From: Gemmatimonadaceae bacterium
Lineage (GTDB): Bacteria; Gemmatimonadota; Gemmatimonadetes; Gemmatimonadales; Gemmatimonadaceae
Assembly (NCBI GenBank): GCA_051005405.1
Contig: JBPCJJ010000062.1
Coordinates: 14,941-78,940, forward strand
Direction of reading: 5' to 3'
Length of the DNA stretch: 64,000 nt
Positions 16,626-25,862 of the stretch are shown here, piece after piece. Position 1 is the first letter of the stretch. Each line of letters starts with the position of its first letter. The notes beneath the pieces are model-generated. The model was not told the origin of the DNA. It searched no databases and saw only the letters and a program-made list of their open reading frames with translations. The position numbers and the translations under genes were made by a program.

Positions 16626-17489
16626 CTAACCGGCGAACTCCACGAGCACCCGGTTACGGATGATTCCCGCCTCATGCCCCCGGTCCAGAAGAACCTGAAC
16701 CGCTTCCCTGCCGGTCGCACCATAATCGAGCGTCCACTGATTCACATACATTCCCACGAACTCGTCGGCGGTGCCACGGTCCAGCCCACGGGCGTATCGC
16801 ATCGCATGGTCCAACGCCCTGCCCCTGTGGTCGAGCGCGTAAGCAATGCTGTCCCGCAGGTGCCGCGAGACGGTCCGGATCATATCCTCGCCCAGATCCT
16901 TGCGAACCACATTCCCTCCCAGCGGGAGAGGAAGTCCGGTCTCGCGGAACCACCACTCGCCCATGTCCGCGATCAGTTTGAGCCCGCGCGTGGCGTAGGT
17001 CAGCTGGCCTTCATGAATGATCATCCCGGCGTCCACTTCATCGGCTAGCACCGCGTCTTCGACCCGGTCGAACGCCATGTGCACGACTTCGACCTCGGGC
17101 TGGAACAGGCGCAACGCCAGCGTCGCCGTAGTGAGAGGCCCGGGTGTCGCCACACGCTTTCCCTTCAGCTCACCGGCGCTGAACGCTCGCTTGCCCACCA
17201 GGCGCGGGCCGTACTGATCGCCCATCGAGCAGCCGTGCGGGAGCAGCGCGTACCGGTCCGCGATGTACGAGTACGCGTGAATGGAGACAGCGGTAACTTC
17301 GAGCTCGGCGCGCATCGCTCGCTGGTTGAGCGTCTCGATATCCTGCAGCTCGTGCACGTATTCGATCCCGCCGGTGTCGATCAGCCGTTCGGCGAGCGCG
17401 TAAAACATGAATGCGTCGTCGGAGTCCGGGCTGTGCGCAACGTGGATCGTCCGCGGGGATGTCGCGGGCCCGGCCGCAGTTGTAGTCAT
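16626..17489 (-). CDS. MqnA/MqnD-family protein (futalosine-pathway menaquinone biosynthesis family)
   Basis: IHVAHSPDSDDAFMFYAL at the N-terminus and the overall 287-aa periplasmic-binding-like layout fit this family. I cannot discriminate MqnA from MqnD by eye. The ATG overlaps the upstream gene's stop (ATGA). Confidence 0.65.
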   Translation of the reverse strand: MTTTAAGPATSPRTIHVAHSPDSDDAFMFYALAERLIDTGGIEYVHELQDIETLNQRAMRAELEVTAVSIHAYSYIADRYALLPHGCSMGDQYGPRLVGKRAFSAGELKGKRVATPGPLTTATLALRLFQPEVEVVHMAFDRVEDAVLADEVDAGMIIHEGQLTYATRGLKLIADMGEWWFRETGLPLPLGGNVVRKDLGEDMIRTVSRHLRDSIAYALDHRGRALDHAMRYARGLDRGTADEFVGMYVNQWTLDYGATGREAVQVLLDRGHEAGIIRNRVLVEFAG

Positions 17490-18334
17490 CTTGAGCCCCT
17501 CCGGGCCTGTGCGAGAGCGCTCATTATATCCGTTTCGTGGCGCTGGTACTCCGGTAGCGCGCGCGCCAGCTCGGCTCGCTCGACTGCGAGAAGCCGGGAC
17601 TCGATCTGGCGGAGTGCCGCCTCATCGCGCGCGAGCGTAGCGACCCGGGCGGCCAGCACGAGGCCAAGCAAGTGGGAGGGCTGCTCGAGCAGGATTGAGT
17701 CGGCTTGCGCGCGCGCGAGCGGCAAGGCTCCAGAGACCTCCGCGATGCGGCCAAGGTCGTAGCGCTGGTCAGCGTTGAGCGTACCGATCATCTGATAAGC
17801 GATGATCCCCATCGGCGCGAAAAACCGGACGCTATCCGTCTTGCCTTCCGTGCTCAGCTGCATCACGCGATTAAAAAGGCGGTCGGCCCTTTCCTCGGGG
17901 GAGAGCTGAGAGATGTTGGTCGAAGCGCGCACAGGGTCCTGCGACGGATTGAATTCCACGCCCGCCTGCTGCATCGCGTTCCATGGTGCGGCTGGCGTCG
18001 CAGCACGCCGGCCGAACCCATTGGCGGCGAGCAACGCGAAGAGGGCGACAACGGCCACTGCCGTGACCGCCCACGGAAGGATCGAGGGCTTACCCCGCGG
18101 CGCCGTCAGCGACGTGCCGCACCGGGCGCAAAAAAGCCAACCGTCGGCTGGTGTGCCGGCGGCCGGTGTGCCGCACTGCGGGCAATTAGACAGGGAAGAG
18201 CATTTCGCGGTACTTGGGCAGCGGCCAGTATTCGTCGCCCACCGACAGCTCCAGCTCGTCGCACGCTTCGCGCACCGCTTCCATGCACCGCGCCCCTTCG
18301 GTCGTAAGGTGGCCGGCCTGCCTGCGAACGGCAT
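17486..18334 (-). CDS. Zinc-ribbon - TM - helical-repeat protein, function unknown (start unresolved)
   Basis: CPQCG ... CARCG zinc ribbon, then a TM helix (ILPWAVTAVAVVALFALLAA), then an Ala/Leu-rich helical domain. The only canonical in-frame start (ATG 18334) overlaps glnN by 149 nt. Confidence 0.5.
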   Translation of the reverse strand: MPFAGRPATLRPKGRGAWKRCAKRATSWSCRWATNTGRCPSTAKCSSLSNCPQCGTPAAGTPADGWLFCARCGTSLTAPRGKPSILPWAVTAVAVVALFALLAANGFGRRAATPAAPWNAMQQAGVEFNPSQDPVRASTNISQLSPEERADRLFNRVMQLSTEGKTDSVRFFAPMGIIAYQMIGTLNADQRYDLGRIAEVSGALPLARAQADSILLEQPSHLLGLVLAARVATLARDEAALRQIESRLLAVERAELARALPEYQRHETDIMSALAQARRGSR

Positions 18335-20387
18335 CGTGCATCTCGTTCGCCTTGTCGATCGCGGCGACGAGGTCGTTGCGGGCTTTCATCAGGCGCTCGA
18401 TCGCCAGGCCGACATCGTTTGCCGCCGCCAGATGGGGGACAGTCGCGACTCCGGCGGATTTCGCCTGCGCGCCCCAGTGCGCGAGCGCGCCCGAGTATCC
18501 GTACGACGCGGGCAGAATCATCGTGTCCACGACTTCGCGCAGCGCGGCGAGCTCAATGAGGATGTCCTTGGAATAGCGCTCGAGCCGAATGTGGTAGCGC
18601 GAGTCCAGCTCCTCATCGGTCAGAATGCCCAGGCTCGTGAAGACCGCGCGCGATGAGTCGGTCACGAGCTGGTCGAGCGCGTCCGGACTCCTGCGGTAGT
18701 TAGGCAATCCTCGCTTTTTCGCTTCGACTACCCACTCGTCAGAATAATTGTTTCCCTCGAATCGCACGGGCGTGCTCGCCTTGAACGATTCGCGCACCAC
18801 GGCCAGCACGGCGTCGTCCCTCGACTTCGTACGCTTCATCTCCTCGCGAAGCTTCTCCGTAAGGTCGCCGATGGCTTCAGCGACAGCCGCGTTCAGGATC
18901 ATCACCGGGAACGCGATCGACGCGCTGGATCCCACCGCCCGGAACTCGAACTTCTGTCCCGTGAACGCGAACGGTGACGTCCTGTTCCGATCCGTATTGT
19001 CGCGCTGAATTTCCGGAAGCTTGGCGACGCCCAGCTTGATCATCGCCTGCTCGGCGTTCGCCGCGGCCTTGCCCGTGCTGATCTCGTCGATGACCCGCGT
19101 GAGCATTTCGCCCATGAATGCGGAGATGATTGCGGGAGGCGCTTCATTGGCGCCGAGCCGGTGCTCATTCCCTGAAGATGCGATTCCCGCGCGCAGAAGG
19201 CCGGCGTGCTTATGCAGCCCCTGGAGCGCCGCAGCGAGAAATATCAGGAACCGCACGTTCTGGTGCGGCGTATCGCCGGGCTTGAGCAGATTGGCGCCGT
19301 CCAGCCGCGGATCGTCGGATCGAAGCTGCATCGACCAGTTGCAGTGCTTGCCGCTCCCGTTGATACCCGCGAACGGCTTCTCGTGCAACAGCGCCTGGAG
19401 ACCGTGCCGCAGCGCTACGCGCTTCAGCGTGGACATCACCAGCATGTTGTGGTCGCACGCGACGTCGGTCTCCTCGAACACCGGCGCCATCTCGAACTGG
19501 CATGGCGCTACTTCATTGTGCCGCGTCTTGATCGGTACGCCGAGCTTGTACAGCTCATATTCCACCTCAGCGATGCACGATTGCACGCGCTCGGGAATTC
19601 CGCCGAAGTAGTGATCCTCGAGCTGCTGACCGCGCGCGGGCGCCGCGCCGAGAAGGGTACGTCCGGCCATTACGAGATCCGGCCGCAGCGCGAACTGCGT
19701 ACGGTCGATCAGGAAATATTCCTGCTCCGGTCCGAGCGTCGTGTAAACGCGGTGAACCTCGTCGCCCAACAGCTCGAGCAGGTCGACGGCCTTCTGTGAG
19801 AGTGCATCCGAGCTCCGCAGCAGCGGAGTCATCTCGTCGAGCGCTTCTCCGTTGTAGCCGATGAACACCGACGGCACGCACAGCGTCCGTACTCCGGCCC
19901 ACTCCGCGATGAACACCGGGGATGCCGGGTTCCACGCGGTGTAGCCGCGCGCTTCCCACGTCGCTCTCAGGCCGCCCGACGGAAAGCTCGATGCATCCGG
20001 CTCGCTCTGGATCAGCTGCTCGGCGGAGAAAGCTTCTATCGGAGTGTGGTCGTCGGCGAGCGAAAAAAACGCGTCGTGCTTCTCGGCTGTCAGCCCCGTC
20101 TGCGGCTGGAACCAGTGCGTGAAGTGCGTCGCGCCTCGCGAGATAGCCCAGTCCAGCACCACGTTAGCCAGTACAGGCGCGACCTCCGCGTCGAGCTTTT
20201 TCCCCCAGCGAATCGACTCGATCAGCTTCTGGTAAACCTCTTTCGGAAGCTTGTCGCGCATCTGCCTGGCGCCAAAAGTATTGCAGCCGAAGTATTCGGA
20301 GATCCGGTGCGACTCGCCGCGGTCGTTGAGCAGCACCGAGCGCGACGCGAGATCCTGGATGGCGGCGAGTCGTGATGGGGTCGGCAT
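18186..20387 (-). CDS. glnN: Glutamine synthetase type III
   Basis: The 733-aa size, an N-terminus with RISEYFGCNTFG ... KLPKEVYQKL, and the catalytic motif INGSGKHCNWS all fit type III. Confidence 0.9.
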   Translation of the reverse strand: MPTPSRLAAIQDLASRSVLLNDRGESHRISEYFGCNTFGARQMRDKLPKEVYQKLIESIRWGKKLDAEVAPVLANVVLDWAISRGATHFTHWFQPQTGLTAEKHDAFFSLADDHTPIEAFSAEQLIQSEPDASSFPSGGLRATWEARGYTAWNPASPVFIAEWAGVRTLCVPSVFIGYNGEALDEMTPLLRSSDALSQKAVDLLELLGDEVHRVYTTLGPEQEYFLIDRTQFALRPDLVMAGRTLLGAAPARGQQLEDHYFGGIPERVQSCIAEVEYELYKLGVPIKTRHNEVAPCQFEMAPVFEETDVACDHNMLVMSTLKRVALRHGLQALLHEKPFAGINGSGKHCNWSMQLRSDDPRLDGANLLKPGDTPHQNVRFLIFLAAALQGLHKHAGLLRAGIASSGNEHRLGANEAPPAIISAFMGEMLTRVIDEISTGKAAANAEQAMIKLGVAKLPEIQRDNTDRNRTSPFAFTGQKFEFRAVGSSASIAFPVMILNAAVAEAIGDLTEKLREEMKRTKSRDDAVLAVVRESFKASTPVRFEGNNYSDEWVVEAKKRGLPNYRRSPDALDQLVTDSSRAVFTSLGILTDEELDSRYHIRLERYSKDILIELAALREVVDTMILPASYGYSGALAHWGAQAKSAGVATVPHLAAANDVGLAIERLMKARNDLVAAIDKANEMHDAVRRQAGHLTTEGARCMEAVREACDELELSVGDEYWPLPKYREMLFPV

Positions 20388-20530
20388 TCTATGCGACGAT
20401 TGCGGTTGGGAGCGGCGGGAGGAGATTTGCGCGGAGCATCGGCGTCATAAAGCTACTCGGGTTCTGGCCGCTTTGGACCGGTCGCGCATCAAGGGTGGCG
20501 TGACCGGCGCAGCCCGCGCAACTTGTCCCC

Positions 20531-21139
20531 GTGATGCCACCCGACAACGAACAGGTCCGGGCGCCGGCCGCGGACGACCTCGCGCTGGTGCACCGAATAG
20601 CCGGCGGTGATCCCCTGGCTCTGTCCGCGCTATACGATCGCCATTCGCAGGCCATCTACTCTCACGCTTTTCACCTGCTCGGCGACGCGGCCGAGGCCGA
20701 GGACACGGTCGAAGAGACTTTCTGGCGCGTGTGGCGCAGAGCCCGCGACTACGATCCGACGGTGCCGGACGTCGCCACCTGGCTCCTGATGATCTGCCGG
20801 CAGCGGGCGACCGAGCGGCTTCGGGCCAAGAAGCGCGCGTACGATCCATTGCTGGACGACACAACAGGACTCGGCCCGCCGGGAGGCGCGCCCGAAGGGG
20901 ACGAAGACCCGGGCCGGGCCCGCCTGAGAGAATCGCTTGCATCCATCCCGGCAGACCAGCGCGCGGTCCTTGAGCTCGCGTTCTTTCGTGGCATGGCGCC
21001 GGTCGAAGTCGCGAACGTCACCAGGCAGTCCCCCGAAACAGCGCGAACCAGGCTGCGGGTGGCGATGAGAAAATTGCGGGACGCGCTCGCGGAACCGGTT
21101 TCCCTGCCGGCGCCCGCGCCGACCGAGGCCGCTCCATGA
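20531..21139 (+). CDS. ECF-type RNA polymerase sigma factor
   Basis: Region 2 (AEDTVEETFWRVWRRARDYDP) and region 4 HTH (ELAFFRGMAPVEVANVTRQSPETARTRLRVAMRKLR). Confidence 0.85.
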   Translation: MMPPDNEQVRAPAADDLALVHRIAGGDPLALSALYDRHSQAIYSHAFHLLGDAAEAEDTVEETFWRVWRRARDYDPTVPDVATWLLMICRQRATERLRAKKRAYDPLLDDTTGLGPPGGAPEGDEDPGRARLRESLASIPADQRAVLELAFFRGMAPVEVANVTRQSPETARTRLRVAMRKLRDALAEPVSLPAPAPTEAAP

Positions 21140-22038
21140 CGGCTGAGCTGACGCACGAGCAGGCTGCCGACGAGATCGAAGCTGTTGCTCTAGGCATCGC
21201 TACCGTGGAAGTCGCGCAGGGCGTGGCGGCGCATGCCGCCCGATGCGCCGAGTGCGCCGGCGAGCTCAGGAGCTTTTACCAGATCATCACAGGTCTGTCG
21301 ACCTTGATTCCCGAGAGACTGCTGAACCGCGGGCACTCTGCCGGCATCAAGTCGCGGCTGTTCGCCAAGGCGACGGCCGGACAAGAAGGGACTGGTGCCC
21401 GGAGGCCGGCGCGTGTCGAGCCGGCCAGAGCTCCCGAGCCGCGCGTGGCGGCAGTCAGATCCGCGCAAGCCGACGACGAGGTCCGGCCGAGCGAGCGGAG
21501 TGGCGGTGGAAGTCGCCTCCCGGTCTGGATAGCCGCGACCTCGCTGCTGATCGCCGCCGCAGCGGTCGCCGGAATGCTCAGCGCGCGGAGCGAGAGGGAC
21601 GCGGCGCAGGGCGGCGCCACCGACGCAACGACGGATTTCACGGAAGTCGCCGAGCTCGAGCGTGCCGTGGCCGAGCGGGACACGACGATCGCTTCGCTGT
21701 CGGGGCCGGGCGTGCGGATCATCAGCCTGTTCAACCGGGAGGCGCGGGAGCCTCTGGCGCGTATGTTCTGGGACCGGCGGAGCGACCGTTGGACGTTGTT
21801 CGTCTACAGCCTCAGACAGCCGCGCGAGGGGAAAGTGTTCCAGCTATGGCTTGGCACGGACAACGGCCGGGTATCCCTTGGCAGCTTTCAGCCCGGCGCC
21901 GACGGGACCGGCACTGTAAGCGCGCACCACGCGCTCGCGATCGCCTCGCTGAACACGGTGTCGATCAGCGAAGAGGATGTTGGTGCCGATGCGGCAGCGC
22001 CGACTGGTCCCGTCGTTTTGGCCGGGGCGCTGCGCTGA
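21136..22038 (+). CDS. Anti-sigma factor (zf-HC2 N-terminus, TM, RskA-like C-terminal domain)
   Basis: The ATG overlaps the sigma stop (ATGA). It has HAARCAECAGEL, a central TM helix (LPVWIAATSLLIAAAAVAGML) and a C-terminal VFQLWLG motif. Confidence 0.7.
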   Translation: MTAELTHEQAADEIEAVALGIATVEVAQGVAAHAARCAECAGELRSFYQIITGLSTLIPERLLNRGHSAGIKSRLFAKATAGQEGTGARRPARVEPARAPEPRVAAVRSAQADDEVRPSERSGGGSRLPVWIAATSLLIAAAAVAGMLSARSERDAAQGGATDATTDFTEVAELERAVAERDTTIASLSGPGVRIISLFNREAREPLARMFWDRRSDRWTLFVYSLRQPREGKVFQLWLGTDNGRVSLGSFQPGADGTGTVSAHHALAIASLNTVSISEEDVGADAAAPTGPVVLAGALR

Positions 22039-22077
22039 CCTAGCGGCCCGTTCTCTGGTTCCGGTTCGGCGCGCTTC

Positions 22078-22386
22078 GTGCAAAACGAGAACCTGCAAAT
22101 GAGCCCACGCCAAGGGAGCGAGCGAGCGGCCGCGGAGCGGTTGACCACCGGCATCCGGCCCGAGACGGCGCGGCTGGTATTGCAGCGCTGCCTCGCGGGC
22201 GAGCTCCCCGCATCGCTGGCGCTGCGGGAGCTGTTCGAGCTCACGCCCGAACCCGAGCGCGTACGGCTGCTGGTGGATCAGGTGACGAACCGTGCGGCCG
22301 CGCTATCTCGCACGGGCGACCGGCTGTTACAGGATCGCGTGGACGAGCTGACGCAACTCGTCGTGGAGCCCGAAAAATCTCACTGA
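22078..22386 (+). CDS. Hypothetical protein (102 aa; alternative ATG at 22099)
   Basis: An ORF with GC-rich third positions immediately after the sigma/anti-sigma pair. No motif was recognised. Confidence 0.3.
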   Translation: MQNENLQMSPRQGSERAAAERLTTGIRPETARLVLQRCLAGELPASLALRELFELTPEPERVRLLVDQVTNRAAALSRTGDRLLQDRVDELTQLVVEPEKSH

Positions 22387-22610
22387 TCCCTGCGTTCGCC
22401 GCGCCGGCGGTCGCCGCGTCGCGGACGGTACCATCGCACGGTGAAAAACAGCGCCATCGCGCCCAGAATCCAGTAGCCGGGGACCAGAAGACCGCGCGTG
22501 GCGGGCATCATCCGCCCTATCAGATACAGGCCGGCGGCGATGGTCAGTCCGGCCAGCCAGAACCGGATCAACCCTCCAGTCCTGCGGCCGGTGAGCGCTG
22601 GGCGTTTCAT
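22380..22610 (-). CDS. Hypothetical small membrane protein (2 predicted TM helices)
   Basis: Two hydrophobic stretches are flanked by Arg-rich termini. Its 3' end overlaps the 22078-22386 ORF by 7 nt in convergent orientation. Confidence 0.3.
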   Translation of the reverse strand: MKRPALTGRRTGGLIRFWLAGLTIAAGLYLIGRMMPATRGLLVPGYWILGAMALFFTVRWYRPRRGDRRRGERRDQ

Positions 22611-22811
22611 GGGTTCAAGTCGGGGCTGAGGAAATTTGGGACCGTTTCGGCGTCAGGGGTATAAAAGTCAGAGTACAGGCGATCCATGCCATACCGGCTG
22701 AGGAATCAATCGACCAGACGGCGTCGATTTTGCACCCGTAGAGACGAGCTCTAGCTTGCATTTTCCATAAGGTTCAGATTCGGACTCTCTTCAATCATAC
22801 TGGTATCGCGC

Positions 22812-24875
22812 ATGAGCGTTTTTTCCGCGACGAGAGTTTCCGTTGCAACAGCGATGGTGATGGTTATGGCGGCCTGTGGCGGCGGAGATGGACCTACCCC
22901 GCCGACGGGCGTCGCTTCGCTGTCACTCACGCCGTCGACCAATATCCGGCTGTACGCAGTAGGAGAAACGGCCCAGCTCTCCGCGACGCCGCTCGATGCT
23001 TCGGGTAATCCAGTTTCGGCTCCGGTGACATGGACGTCCAGCAATCAGGGGGTCGCGACCGTCAGCAGCTCGGGCCTCGTAACGGCGACGGGTTTGGGGA
23101 CCGCGAAGATTCGCGCCACGACCGGCTCTTTTTTTCAGGAGGTAACGGTCACCGTGCAGCCTGCCCAGTTCAACGTGAACGCCAATTCCGCGTGCTCCAA
23201 TCCGGATCTTAGGAGCTACAAGGTTGAGGCGCAGTCCGAGCACTTGCTCATCGTGTCCGGCCTCGACAACCCTCCGGGTGGATTCACCACGGCGGACTAC
23301 CAGTCCTTCGCGGCGACGTTCGAGAGTCTGGTGTATCCGGTCGTGACGCAGAACTTCGGATTGCCGGCGGACATCGACGGGAACGGCAAGGTGATCGCGT
23401 TCTTTACGCGCGCGGTGAATGAGCTGACGATGGAGAATCAGCCGAGCGTGGTGGGTGGCTTCTTTTTTGGCCGCGACCTCTTTCCGAAGGTGGCGACCTC
23501 GCGCCTTCAGGCGTGCCTGGGCAGCAACGAAGCGGAGCTTTTTTATCTGCTCGTCCCCGATCCGACGGGCGTCGTCAATGGGAACGTGCGGTCCGTCGAG
23601 CAGGTGAGGCGTCTCACCATCGGCGTGATCGGCCACGAGTTTCAGCACCTGATCAATTCATCGAGGCGCCTGTTTATCAACCAAGGGGCCACGTACCCAG
23701 AGACCGTCTATATGGAGGAAGGTCTCTCGCACATCGCCGAAGAGCTGATTTTCTACGAGGCGAGCGGCGGTTTGACGCCAAAGATGAACATCGGCATCGA
23801 TGCCCTCAGAACGTCGCAGACGCGGCTCGATGCGTTCAACTCATACATGATTTCCAACGCCGCCCGGTTCAGCAGATATCTGAAGGATCCGACGAGCAAC
23901 GCACCGTATCAGAAGGATGACGACCTGGAAACTCGCGGCGCGATCTGGTCGTTTCTTCGGTATCTCGCGGACCGCGGCACGCCGGGAACGCCGTTCGTCG
24001 AGCCCTCGTGCGGAGCTTCGGTGACACTCGCCGTAGGCGGCCGGTGCGCTCTCGAAGGTTCGGGAGCCGCACAGTTCGACGTTGCAGCCGGCGGCAGCCT
24101 CGGCGAGTTCACGATCGTGGCGTTCGCGAAGGATCTGCCGATCGTATCGGTGACGCAACCGGGCTCGCTGACGACCACCGCCAGCGCGACTTCCACCGTG
24201 GGGGTAAGTGGGCCGCCGAATCCGTGGTCGGGAACCAGCGGAGCTCAGTTCTCCACGTTCGGAACCGCGAGCCTTGGCGGTGCCGCCGCAGCACTGCCGC
24301 TCGACTACTCGTTCCATGCGAAGCTACGCGGGATCGAGCGACGGGAATTGCCTGGGCGCGTGGCTGCTGCGCGCGCCGCTTATTCGCTCACGGATCGCTC
24401 GGGTGCGCGGAGATACTCGGCGCCGGGAGCGCCGTCCATGGCCGCCGTTGTGGTCGAAGCGGTGTGGGGGCAGCTCGTCAATGCAAACGACACCGGGATG
24501 GCGAATCTCAAGGGGAGATTTGGGCAGGATATCACAGGCGCCGCGCGCGACTGGGCGGTCGCGAACTACGTGGATGACATCGGGCTAACGGTGCCGAGCC
24601 AGTACATGCACCCGAGTTGGAACTTCAGGACCCTGCTGCCGGTGCTGACGTCGAACGGAGCGATCGCGGGAACCCCCGGGACCCCCGGGACCCCCGGGAC
24701 GTACCCACTCCAGGTTCAGAACCTGACGAGCTCCGTGACGGTGACGTTGGCCGATGGCGGATCAGCATACTACCGGTTCGGTGTGGCGTCGGGCGGGACG
24801 AGTACGGTAAGGTTTTCGGTCGGTGGCGGAGCGCCTCCGTCGAACCTCAAGCTGGTGCTCGTGCGGACAAAGTAG
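22812..24875 (+). CDS. Secreted/lipoprotein BIG2 (Ig-like) domain protein with HExxH metallopeptidase-like core (possibly M30/hyicolysin-like)
   Basis: Signal/lipobox (VMVMAACGG). A BIG2-type segment (LSATPLDASGNPVSAPVTWTSSNQGVATVSSSGLVTATGLGTAKI). A GHEFQHLINSS HExxH motif. The M30 assignment is from memory and tentative. Confidence 0.6.
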   Translation: MSVFSATRVSVATAMVMVMAACGGGDGPTPPTGVASLSLTPSTNIRLYAVGETAQLSATPLDASGNPVSAPVTWTSSNQGVATVSSSGLVTATGLGTAKIRATTGSFFQEVTVTVQPAQFNVNANSACSNPDLRSYKVEAQSEHLLIVSGLDNPPGGFTTADYQSFAATFESLVYPVVTQNFGLPADIDGNGKVIAFFTRAVNELTMENQPSVVGGFFFGRDLFPKVATSRLQACLGSNEAELFYLLVPDPTGVVNGNVRSVEQVRRLTIGVIGHEFQHLINSSRRLFINQGATYPETVYMEEGLSHIAEELIFYEASGGLTPKMNIGIDALRTSQTRLDAFNSYMISNAARFSRYLKDPTSNAPYQKDDDLETRGAIWSFLRYLADRGTPGTPFVEPSCGASVTLAVGGRCALEGSGAAQFDVAAGGSLGEFTIVAFAKDLPIVSVTQPGSLTTTASATSTVGVSGPPNPWSGTSGAQFSTFGTASLGGAAAALPLDYSFHAKLRGIERRELPGRVAAARAAYSLTDRSGARRYSAPGAPSMAAVVVEAVWGQLVNANDTGMANLKGRFGQDITGAARDWAVANYVDDIGLTVPSQYMHPSWNFRTLLPVLTSNGAIAGTPGTPGTPGTYPLQVQNLTSSVTVTLADGGSAYYRFGVASGGTSTVRFSVGGGAPPSNLKLVLVRTK
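24672..24698 (+). repeat. Perfect 3 x 9-bp in-frame microsatellite (acccccggg)3 encoding (TPG)3
   Basis: Read directly at 24672-24698, inside the 22812-24875 CDS (protein ...AGTPGTPGTPGTYP...). Confidence 0.9.
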
Positions 24876-24898
24876 AGCGCCGCAGCAAGCTTTGATGA

Positions 24899-24929
24899 AC
24901 AGCCGGGCTACCGCCCGGCTGTTTTTTTT
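24899..24929 (+). terminator. Rho-independent terminator
   Basis: 10-bp stem ACAGCCGGGC/GCCCGGCTGT, a 4-nt loop, then a T8 run. It begins 24 nt after the stop at 24875. Confidence 0.85.
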
Positions 24930-25034
24930 CGGCAAGGGTATGGGTTGGCGGTTATTCGCTCAGCGTTGCGTGTCAGTGATGGAGCCGCGGGCAGCATTCT
25001 GCAGGTTGGACATCCGGCGCATAGAATTCGGGCA

Positions 25035-25586
25035 ATGAAGAGAGATGCGATTTCGTGGGGGGCGCTGGCACGCACCACCGTGCGCGCGGGCGGCGCGGCG
25101 CGGTGCAGGCGTTGCGTCGGGCTCACGCAATCCGATTTCGCGGACGCTGTCGGAGTTGGGCGTGTGACTGTAGCGCGGTGGGAGACCGGCGTCATCCGCC
25201 CGACGGCGCGACACGTGAGCGCGATGCTCGACCTGCTCGCGGAGCTGGTTGCAAAATCAGGTCTCCCGCGCGCAGAGGACGGTGAGCTGCGCGAGCGGTT
25301 CGCGGTGGTGGTGTTGTTCGGCGCGCGGACGCGGCTCGCGCTGGCGGCATGGCGTGCGCTGCTCGATCTCCCGGCGACTGCATTGACGGGCGTGCCGACG
25401 GCGGAAGGGAGGGATGGACGGCCGCTCGCGTCGGGCTACGACGTCGGACTCTGGATCGAGCGAAAGCTTCGGCAGAAGGAGCCGCGGTCGCCGGTATCCG
25501 GCGATGGGGCGCGGGAGTTGGGGGAGCGGCGGTTAATGACCGAGGTCGTATTTCTGGCGGAAGGGTTTCGGTCGAACAGCCGGTAA
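25035..25586 (+). CDS. XRE-family helix-turn-helix protein
   Basis: GLTQSDFADAVGVGRVTVARWETG is a classic XRE HTH. I preferred the ATG at 25035 over the ORF-track start at 24945. Confidence 0.55.
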   Translation: MKRDAISWGALARTTVRAGGAARCRRCVGLTQSDFADAVGVGRVTVARWETGVIRPTARHVSAMLDLLAELVAKSGLPRAEDGELRERFAVVVLFGARTRLALAAWRALLDLPATALTGVPTAEGRDGRPLASGYDVGLWIERKLRQKEPRSPVSGDGARELGERRLMTEVVFLAEGFRSNSR

Positions 25587-25664
25587 CGGCGCTGCGTGCT
25601 GCGTGCTAATTGCCGAGAACCAACAGCGGGCTTCCCGGTATTTTACATTTCACACGCAGCATAT

Positions 25665-25736
25665 GGCGCGGTAGCCAAGTGGTAAGGCAGCGGTCTGCAA
25701 AACCGCTATTCGCCGGTTCGATTCCGGCCCGCGCCT
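25665..25736 (+). tRNA. tRNA-Cys (anticodon GCA)
   Basis: Cloverleaf folded by hand. Acceptor GGCGCGG/CCGCGCC, anticodon arm GCGGT-CTGCAAA-ACCGC (anticodon GCA), T arm GCCGG-TTCGATT-CCGGC. The discriminator is U, as expected for tRNA-Cys. CCA is not encoded. Confidence 0.9.
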
Positions 25737-25738
25737 CT
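25694..25738 (+). repeat. attL-like copy of the 45-bp direct repeat (anticodon loop to 3' end of tRNA-Cys, plus 2 nt)
   Basis: tctgcaaaaccgctattcgccggttcgattccggcccgcgcctct is identical to 27017-27061. Confidence 0.9.
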
Positions 25739-25862
25739 AGACGCACGAAGGCCACGCACCTCTCACGACCGTCCCACGCCGATGGCAGGATTCCGTAGTC
25801 CTTAGTCCTTTGCCGAATTTGTAGTGTTCGGCCGCTAGGGTTGGGTTCGGCGTGAGCCTCGG

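Noticed and set aside
20388-20530. ECF-type autoregulated promoter (GGAAC/CGTC-like) upstream of the ECF sigma gene
   Set aside because: The only candidates are GGACC, then 19 nt, then CGTGA. The spacing and sequence do not match the ECF consensus well enough to report.
24999-25035. Possible leaderless promoter (TAGAAT at 25022-25027, 7 nt before the ATG of the XRE gene)
   Set aside because: No acceptable -35 lies at 16-18 nt spacing. The TTGGAC is only 10 nt away, and the hexamer at the correct spacing is CTGCAG. The evidence is too weak to call.
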